Assembly: GCA_011109175.1 (NCBI GenBank)
Contig: RDEW01000057.1
Location: forward strand, 33,605 to 77,804
DNA from: Dicyema japonicum
Lineage: Eukaryota > Animalia > Dicyemida
DNA length: 44,200 nt
Direction: 5' to 3'
Positions 35,844 through 44,200 of the stretch are shown in pieces (position 1 is the first letter of the stretch; each line of letters starts with the position of its first letter). The translations under genes were made by a program, and so were the position numbers. The notes under the pieces were generated by a model, which was not told the origin of the DNA, ran no database searches, and saw only the letters and a list, made by a program, of their open reading frames with translations.

Positions 35844-37570
35844 TCATAGGTGCTGCTGCTGAGTTAAATTTCTTTAAATAAAATTTGAATTTAAAATTAC
35901 CGTTCTAAATTATTCGGTTTACGCGATTTTCTGTTTTTTCTTATTATAAAGACGACAATGACACAGATTATCAAAAGTGTAATACCAATAGGTATGAGAA
36001 AATACATTTTAGATCTTTTAACACTTAGTGCGTTCAAATTTGTATTTTTTCTACCCGAAGTGAAACGATTTACAAAATAATAATAAATATTTTACATTTT
36101 GAAATGTGGAATTTTTTTGTTGAATCAGAAAGTGAGCCGTCTAAAAAAGTGATTTGGAAAATAATATTTATAAAGAAATATTTTTACCAATTGTAGCCGG
36201 AGATTTTGTCAGAACATGTGAGCTCTTATGGACTAAAAGGTATTATTCAGTAGATATTTCACTCTCTAAAGTAGTCGGAAATGTTGTCGTGATATTTGTG
36301 CTCTTATGGACTAAAAAGCGATTATTCAGTAGATAATTTACTCTCTAAAGTAGTCGGAGATTTTGTCGTGATATTTGAGCTCTTATGGACTAAAAAGCGA
36401 TTATTCAGTAGATAATTTACTCTCTAAAGTAGTCGGAGATTTTGTCGTGATATTTGAGCTCTTATGGACTAAAAAGCGATTATTCAGTAGATAATTTACT
36501 CTCTAAAGTAGTCGGAGATTTTGTCGTGATATTTGAGCTCTTATGGACTAAAAAGCGATTATTCAGTAGATAATTTACTCTCTAAAGTAGTCGGAGATTT
36601 TGTCGTGATATTTGAGCTCTTATGGACTAAAAAGCGATTATTGAGTAGATAATTTACTCTCTAAAGTAGTCGGAGATTTTGTCGTGATATTTGAGCTCTT
36701 ATGGACTAAAAAGCGATTATTCAGTAGATAATTTACTCTCTAAAGTAGTCAGAGACATTGTTGATTGCTTCTCTGTTGGTGTTATTCGACTTTCAAAAGA
36801 AGTGATAAGGTTGCTAAAAATTTTAATTTTTAATTACTGTCATTTTTAAGTGGTCCATATTTCGAAGATAATTAAACTCATTTTTTGACAATATTCGATT
36901 ACTTAGATAAGAATGACATAGAATTACCACAAGGTATTATTCATAACATAATTTTTATTGGTCGAATTAGGCAAACCAAGCAAGTGTAATATATTATATA
37001 GAATTGCTCCATCATATTTCTAGATAAATTTAATTTCTAATACATTTTTATCGTTGTATTTTACGTATATTACATTAATCTCATTCAAGGTTTGTATATT
37101 ATTCCCACCTCTGTTTTCTTTACTTTAAAAAATGAAAAGTAATAGAAAGAACTCTATTTTGATAGTCAAGTAATTTAATTCTTTTGAATTCTCATCAACT
37201 TCGGTTATTTCAATTACATCACAAAGAACCTATTATATATCCAAAAATTATTACTGTTTTAATCATTAAACTATCGTTTGTCTATAATTATTAGTTATAA
37301 AGCAAACAGGGACTTCTCCGAAGGAAATTTTTAGGTTCCATGGATAGCCTATGCATACATTTCACATTAAATTTTAAATTACCGAATGATTGAAAAGCTA
37401 ACCCTCCTAATAATAAATAGATATATACCATTTCTTTTTCACGCTAAAGTCAAATATAAATGTTTCATGCGGAAATTTCGAATACATTATGACGATTATC
37501 TCAGAAATATGAATAATTCATTCATTCTTGACATTATTATAAGAATCAATTCACCATATAAAGCCCACAT
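35844..37570 (-). pseudogene. Single-pass membrane mucin-like gene (5' limit approximate; at least two apparent lesions)
   Basis: Spliced Ser/Thr/Pro stalk, transmembrane segment MYFLIPIGITLLIICVIVVFII, basic stop-transfer RKNRKSRK and tail NLTQQQHL*. It needs a 1-nt correction near 36795 and a GT..AA intron at about 36070-36095. Confidence 0.6.
36188..36752 (-). repeat. 79-bp tandem repeat, about 7 units, each a 48-nt exon plus a 31-nt intron
   Basis: Period 79 (same register at 36351, 36430, 36509, 36588, 36667, 36746). Minus-strand intron GTAAATTATCTACTGAATAATCGCTTTTTAG. Confidence 0.92.
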
Positions 37571-37622
37571 GTAATTTTATCTTTATCACTGCTTTGTTTA
37601 ATACTATAAATCTGGAGTTATA

Positions 37623-37750
37623 CAGTCTGTTCAAAAAAAACGTGACCACTTGAAAATGTATGTTTTTTTAATCTGTGTGACTTATTTTTGAAAATTTCCA
37701 AAGAATACTAAATTTAAAATCTTTTTATTTACACAATTCAATTTTTATTT
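37623..37750 (+). mobile_element. Tc1/mariner-like terminal remnant
   Basis: TA|CAGTCTGTTCAAAAAAAACG terminus. No partner end found. Confidence 0.35.
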
Positions 37751-37754
37751 TTGT

Positions 37755-38077
37755 CACGGTCGTCTTGGAACAACATCGTCTAGACCTTTCCTGACAAATG
37801 TGGGAACTCCTCAAGGCGACTCTCTCTCGCCTCTGCTGTTTGTGATCTACCTCGAGGCTGCCTTGCGAGAGTTGAGAAGCCTATATGAGGGGTCAATCAC
37901 CGAAGTAATTTACGCCGATGACGTCGACTTTGTGTCGGCCGACAAATCCGCGCTCCTCAAACTATTGGAGATTGCACCGGGAAAACTCGGGGAATGGTTT
38001 CTAACCATGAACACGGACAAGACTGACGTTGTTAATGTATCACGTTCGGATACCCAACTTATGGAAACATGGAGACT
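37755..38077 (+). mobile_element. Non-LTR reverse transcriptase fragment
   Basis: VGTPQGDSLSPLLFVIYLEAAL..IYADDVDF..LTMNTDKT. Ends at an N join. Confidence 0.85.
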
Positions 38078-38269
38078 NTTGTAACTTGGAACTACCGACT
38101 GAAAATCCCAAAGATTGGGAATCATCCCTGGTTGAGCAATACCAAACAGTCTCAGGTTCTTAAGATAATGATAGTGACTCAAATTCCGATGGATGGTCGG
38201 AGAGAAGGTCGCTTGTCTCAGAGCAGTGTCGGGTCAAATCCTCGGTTAATATCAGCCTTACCTTACCAT

Positions 38270-39280
38270 TAGTTGGGGGTTCCGTACTTGCATGAACGAC
38301 CGAGTCTGTTCAGTCTTTATTTTTCCGCCATTATTAGAAGATTTTGACCATGAGATCAAAAATCGAATTTACAATCAGTTTGAGATTATCGAAAATGCAC
38401 GATTTTGTTGTGCCTCAAGAGACTCGAGATCGTCCTCAGTACTCACTTAAAGGGCAACCTGAAGAACGGAGGTCTCAACGGAGAAGCCAGGAACTTCTCC
38501 TTCAACGTCAGATTAAAGGATGTGATGTACAAGTCAGTCGAAAACCACCTACTCGGTAATATTTTCCATAACTGTCCAGAACAGCAGAATTCTGATGAGC
38601 AATCGAGGACACGGATTGACCCTCCCCCAGAAGCAAGACAGCCTCCGACCATTCCTATGTGGACCCCAATGGGGAACCCTCAGGAGATGTTCAATCCAGG
38701 CTACCCCGGGTACCTCATTGACCCCTGCTAGCCTATATACAACAGTCGTACCAAATGTTGTATCAAAATTACATGATAAATCAAAGAATGATACAATCGG
38801 TTTTTTATGTGCGAAATTGTCTATATTACATATTTATGGCTGCGAATGGCTTCCCACCGCAACTCGCCTTACAAAATGAAGAAATGGCCAGGTCAGGGCT
38901 TTCTGAACTATATGAAATGTGATACGATTTAAATTTAGTGCCAGAAACCAGCCCGTCGTGTTTCCAAATTTCATATTCCAAAAAGGCATGGTTAATAATC
39001 GATTCGGAGCGACTCAGGAAAATAACATTAAAGTTGCTCCACCAGCAGAGGCAACCATGGAGGAGTCAACCCAGGAAGTTAGGGGACAACATTTAATGGA
39101 TACGGTGGAGACTGTTGTTTGAGGAGTTGCAGCCCAATATTGATGGGAGTTTTGAAACATATTATTCCAGCAAGACGAAGGACCTTGGAACTAAAAATAA
39201 GTGTGAGACTAGTCCCCTCAAACGGGAGATCCTCTTCCTACAAACTAGTCAAGAAGACAGTGACTACTGCATGTAACACT
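38270..39280 (+). mobile_element. Possible decayed LTR-retrotransposon leader/gag region
   Basis: PBS-like TGGGGGTTCCG at 38274 followed by intronless, GC-richer, Pro-rich ORF fragments. No LTR pair or diagnostic motif. Confidence 0.2.
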
Positions 39281-39399
39281 AATTAGAGATAAAAAGTGGA
39301 ACAAGGAAATATTAGAATGAATAATCAGGTTAGTAAATAAGCGACATCCAAATATTTTATTACGCACACTCCTCTCTGCATATCATATTTTTTGAAAAG

Positions 39400-41060
39400 G
39401 GGTAGCGGCAGAAGTTGCAATCTATTGTGAGTAAACTAACCCACCAAATGCTTCCTCCGTCGTTAACATCGCCTCGGAAGATGAACCTGCGTCTATTCTC
39501 ACACTTTTGTTAGTTAAGGTGATTTTCACCGCAAAAACCGAGTTCGTCGCTTCCGTAATCCTTATATAAGAATATCTAAGTATACATTGTGGGTTGGGAA
39601 CCCTTACTGAATATACACATTTTCTGCCTCTCAGAAATACTACACAGTTAGTAATTTAAACTACTTAATGTTTAGCCTACCACTGATTTTTAGCGACTGA
39701 AAAATGGCATTTCGTGGCATCTCACTTTAATGTTAGAATAAGATTTGTACAGGGTTCTTAAACTGCCTAGACCTGCAACGGCATCTACATCCAGGTAACG
39801 AAGGTTACTACACTCATACAGCAATCTAATGAATTAAAATATTTGAATATACATCCGAGATAAGCTTTCTAACCCATAAAATGAGTCGTTTAGTATTCTC
39901 TTTAATGAGTCTCCTTTACAGTTACTGTTATTAATGATAGGTCTATTACAATATAATCAAGTTGGTTAAATTCGTGAATATTTCTCCATTGAGAAATGTA
40001 ACGCCTCTAAGAATTGCAATAGATGTAGAATGTTCCGCCACATATTCTCGAATGAAATCACAGCCTGACAACTGCCTTATTTAAATTAAGCAATTCTTCA
40101 AAAACGGATTTGTTAAGTCACAGTCACGTTGGATCACTACGTGAACAAAAAATAGGACAAGTGGGAGCATTATAATAAAGGTCATATTTTATTGTGAATA
40201 ACTCATTGGTTAGACATTGAATTAATATATTTATTAAACTTTATTTGTTAATATATATTAGATTGCACTTATTTTCCGCGGAGATTAACTGCGTCAAACT
40301 TACAAAGCGTGGTTCTGCATCGATATTTGCATGGAAGTGTCCTAAATGTCTGCAGCACTGCGCGATAGTTAAACCTCCTGCACGCCCTGCCACCATTCCA
40401 CCTGACGAATTTNTACAAACAATAATGAAAAACTCGAATAAATGATTAAATGTACACAATCCATAAATCTCGTTATCGGCCTTATACAGTTCGTCTTTCT
40501 TTTTAAAAATCTTGATAATACACTTTTGATAACTGAAAACGAAAATGAAGAAAAATTCAAGGAAAGACGATAAACACACGACAATTACGAGAATATGTTT
40601 CGAATTGAGTGACGTATGAATACTCGTGGAATGCGGTGCCATCAATAAGACAGTGAACGAATATCGCATGGAATAATACTTTTTGACAAATATATAATTT
40701 TTAATTAGTAGGTCTTGCCAGTCAAAGGGATTTCACTAATTATGGTCACGTCCCCGGAATATGGATCAATTGTCAAATATTCTAAGGAACCCAGAAAGGT
40801 CCTGAAAATAAAATCACTCAGAAAATTCGGAATTGAAGCAGTATTATCGAGAAACGTATCCCCAACCTTAATTTTCAACAAAGAAATCGTCTGAGATTGT
40901 TTTACTCCATTCCCGTTGATGGAATATGCGAAAATATAGGACAATCCAACTACATGGACCAGACAGTATAAATTGCCAAACAATTTTTGGGGACCTGAGT
41001 CGGTGGATTGGATATGCAGCAGAAAATATCCGGTCATGTCAAGGGTTTCGAGAAGATTGT
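39400..41060 (-). pseudogene. Cadherin-like membrane protein, 3' part
   Basis: LDMTGYFLLHIQSTDSGPQKLFGNLYCLVHVV and YLTIDPYSGDVTI resemble cadherin repeat motifs. Hydrophobic ILVIVVCLSSFLEFFFIFVF follows, then micro-intron-split exons. Frame not fully resolved. Confidence 0.5.
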
Positions 41061-41099
41061 GAGTTTTCTGTTAATGAACTTAGAAAATGGCTGTTTTAC

Positions 41100-41240
41100 T
41101 TATGAAAATTTTCGTTGAGTAGCAGTGGCGGAGTGGATGGCCTAAAACCGATACACCTAAAAGACCTTGTCGCTCCTCTGACAGGGGAATCCGGTGCACG
41201 TCTCTTGAAGTCAATTGCATCTTTGTGCAGCAGAATAATT
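41100..41240 (+). mobile_element. CRE-like RT N-terminal fragment
   Basis: SSGGVDGLKPIHLKDLV..GESGARLLKSIASLC. Confidence 0.6.
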
Positions 41241-41244
41241 ATAT

Positions 41245-42760
41245 AGCGACAGTGCGTATTCGTTTATGGCATGAAACAAGTTTGTAGAGATTAATTATTC
41301 TTTCCATAATTCTCTGCAGGATTGACTCCAGAACTTTTTTTTTAAGAACAATACTCCCTTTGTCTTCTAAAACCCCCAATAACGGTATCCTTCCACCCCT
41401 TCCATAGGTTTACAGGACGGAAGATTGTCCAAATTGGACGCAGATTTTTGAGGATTCATCTCCAACCCGACAGTTTCGAAAAACTTCCGGACTGTTTTCA
41501 TCATTTCTACAATCGTATCCTCTTTATGTACAAGTAGTTTAAGATCGTCCACAAAGAACAATAGTTCGTCTTCATATTAGGGTTACTTTGGTTGATTACC
41601 AATTTGGGAAATTTCGCATTTAGTATTCGACTGAGAGGATCCATGACCATAACGAACAATTAAGGGGATAATGTAAGATCCCACAACCAAGTTCTAACAA
41701 AGAGATCCCTGAACACTCTAGCTCATGGAATAGAAAGTCACGATCTACAGAATCGAATACCTTCTTGACATCGATCCATGCCGAAATTATTCATTGATTA
41801 ATGAGAGTCTGTTCTTTTACATCCTGGCATCGCTTTCTCGTCCCAAGCTGGTTATCGGAAATTTGACAAAATGAATCCACTAAGTCCGATAGTTTCAAAT
41901 TGACGCATTTAGTTATTATCTTGTATAGATTATGGGGGTTTCACAGACTTCTTTTTTGGGATCAAATATGTGATTCCTGTATAAAACCATTTTCCTGGAA
42001 TGTAATCTCTTTGGACTATTCTGATAATCTCCTTACTGGAAGACATGCAGCGAGTCCATTTTTAAAATAAAGTAGCTGTAGACGCCGCCTAAAGTGGGGC
42101 GTGGTAGTCTCGCAGTTAGTTATTCTAATTACGATACCATCGAATTCGGAGTTTTCAGCTTTTCTACTCCAAACGTTTTTCCAAAAATTCATGCATTCTT
42201 ACTCCTCAAAATTCAATTTAGCAACACTATTTTCGCATAGATTTCTGTAGAACCTTCTGCGTTTCGTTCAAAGCATCTGTTGTCTTTTCGGAACTCATTC
42301 CTCGTTTTGTGAACAGATATTTGTTTCTTTTTAATCCGTATTAAGTCTTCAATTAGCGACTGGATAGTTCTCCCTTCTTCGCACCTCTTATAGCCAAATG
42401 CACACAATACGTCCATCACATTTTGTTTTTAGTTGATCCTTTTAGGTTTATCGGCCTTTTTTAAAATCATCAGTTTCTTGACATCACATAGGGTCATGTT
42501 CTTTGAGTATCGTCTATTGTACTTGCTTGAAATAAGTTTCCAACCCCCTCTTAGAATTCTTCTTAGTAGCATCGATAATAAGAGAGATCCAAGTGGATTC
42601 AGAGCCATCAACCTCACTGATGATAGCTGACAGTAAGTGGAGGTTTGATAGTATCTTCCTGACTCTCTCGACGGGACTACCCACGCAATTTTCCGCGACT
42701 CCTCGAGACTCGAACTATTATTTTCCACAGGGCCACCCATAGTATTAGACTTTCAATAAA
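41245..42760 (-). mobile_element. Second degenerate R4/Dong-like non-LTR element, same family as 11260-13235
   Basis: WFYTGITYLIPKK, SDNQLGTRKRCQDVKEQTLIN, AWIDVKKVFDSVD, LFVMVMDPLSR, FFVDDLKL, VGLEMNPQKSA and FHAINEYALSLYN. Confidence 0.85.
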
Positions 42761-44200
42761 GAATTATTTAAAAAAGGGAAAACATATAATTTATATATCA
42801 CAAATTAGTTGATTCGACTCGTCTTCAACCTGAAATGACATACTTTTATTCCCAACCCAATTAACTTGCAAACAAAAAGGTCTGAACTCCCAGTAGAAGG
42901 TCCCCATATACACAAAGGTCCCCACAAATACAGTCCACTCACAGAAGGCACTCCAATCCAAACAGTCCTTATCGATAACATCAGTCTTCACCAACAAGAG
43001 TACCACAATATCTAAATGTGGATTATCAACTCAGTCTGTACACAAAACAAACGAGAACCCCGACACTACAGTGACGAATCACCTCACAGCCACAGTCCAT
43101 CCTTTCTTGTAGTCAGGGTACAGACTGTGAGACACCACAGAGACCAGAAACAAGCCCGTCACGTCTGCAATAAATCCAACGACTGCCCCAGACAAGTGCA
43201 GAGTCTCGAGAAAACGAATCTGCCAGTGAAATCATTACGTAACAAACCTGAAAATTGGCTGAAATTATAAATCCGATGATTGTGATGATAGCAGTGATAA
43301 ACGTAAAGTTGTTTATGATTTTTTAGACAAGGTCAGTTTCCGTCGATTGTCACACAGGTATATGGAGAGGATCAAAAGAGCATGGAGGAAGGAGACTGTA
43401 AAATATAAGGAGAAAAATGAGCTTGGGGGACGGAGGTTGGCGATTTCACTATTTGGATTATGTCCAGGGGTTACCTGATGTAGGGGATTCCTGGTTGTGT
43501 CATGTTTGTGTTGTATTTCCATATTAGAACTGTCCCGGATATGGCCAGTGATCCGCATATTAAATATGTCACCACAAGAAAATGAAAATAAATTATTTTC
43601 ATTATTGTTAAATACTTTATTTATAATATTATTAATATAACAAACTAATATTAAAGACTTAATAAATAGATAATTATCATGTGTTGTTCGCCCTCTTGTG
43701 CTTCCATTTATCTTATATATTCTTCTTGTTAACAAAATGATGAGTTAACTGTCAATCCTTTGATTTGCTGATATTTAACTTTCCTGATTATTATTACTCG
43801 TATAATTGGTCATTAATTTTTACTACTCAATCAGGAAAGATTTACTGAATGGTTTTTAAAATTCTAATTGCCACTGTTGCTAAAAATTGTTTAAGATTTA
43901 TAACTTGCATTTTTGACTGTTAACAGCCATCACTTCTAAGCGGCCAGACTTGTTTGGCAGGATACCGGTGCTTCTATGGGTTGCCGAGAACTCATTCTAA
44001 AAGTGACCAGATTTGTTTAAACAATTNATGAAATTTTCGTTTTTTGCTTTATTCTTTAAAACTACTTTATAAAATAAACGATTAATTATATTAATAGTTA
44101 GAATAATACAAATAAGGAATCTCAAATAAATTATTTTATTGAAAATGATTAAAAATTTGCTTAAAATTAAGCGTTCGGATTTTAATGTCGAGGGGTGTAT

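Noticed and set aside
36188-36752. CRISPR-like regular repeat
   Set aside because: No unique spacers, eukaryotic context, and fully explained as an exon-intron tandem.
38185-38255. tRNA-like segment
   Set aside because: Only a degenerate B-box-like motif, and no cloverleaf can be drawn.
42840-43230. Thr/Ser-rich mucin-like frame on the plus strand
   Set aside because: Interrupted by stops with no clear start or splice context. Composition alone is insufficient.

Overview
AT-rich eukaryotic nuclear DNA from a draft assembly (418-nt N gap at 13659-14076, several single-N joins). It is almost certainly animal. The ORF track misses most genes because they are split by very dense, tiny spliceosomal introns, mostly 23-34 nt, with little signal beyond GT and AG. 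Splicing by hand in the standard code recovers DDX24 (13 introns, one GC-AG), CCDC124, IFT74 (21 introns), an NPC2/ML-domain protein and a type-I DnaJ lacking its J-domain. Several damaged surface-protein genes (mucin-like, cadherin-like) are also present. Micro-introns together with ciliary and cadherin-like genes suggest a reduced ciliated animal parasite such as a dicyemid mesozoan; this is inference only. The rest is largely decayed transposons (pogo/Tigger, hAT, Helitron, RTE, R4/Dong-like, CRE-like, Jockey/L2-type LINE, a tRNA-derived SINE) plus a decayed 28S rRNA fragment. Best novelty candidates: (1) an apparently intact Ginger-like integrase DNA transposon at 23194-25132 whose gene carries five host-type micro-introns and whose left end abuts an exact copy of its own right end; (2) a 79-bp satellite-like array that is really a repeated 48-nt exon plus 31-nt intron encoding a mucin stalk; (3) the minimal, length-constrained splice code itself.
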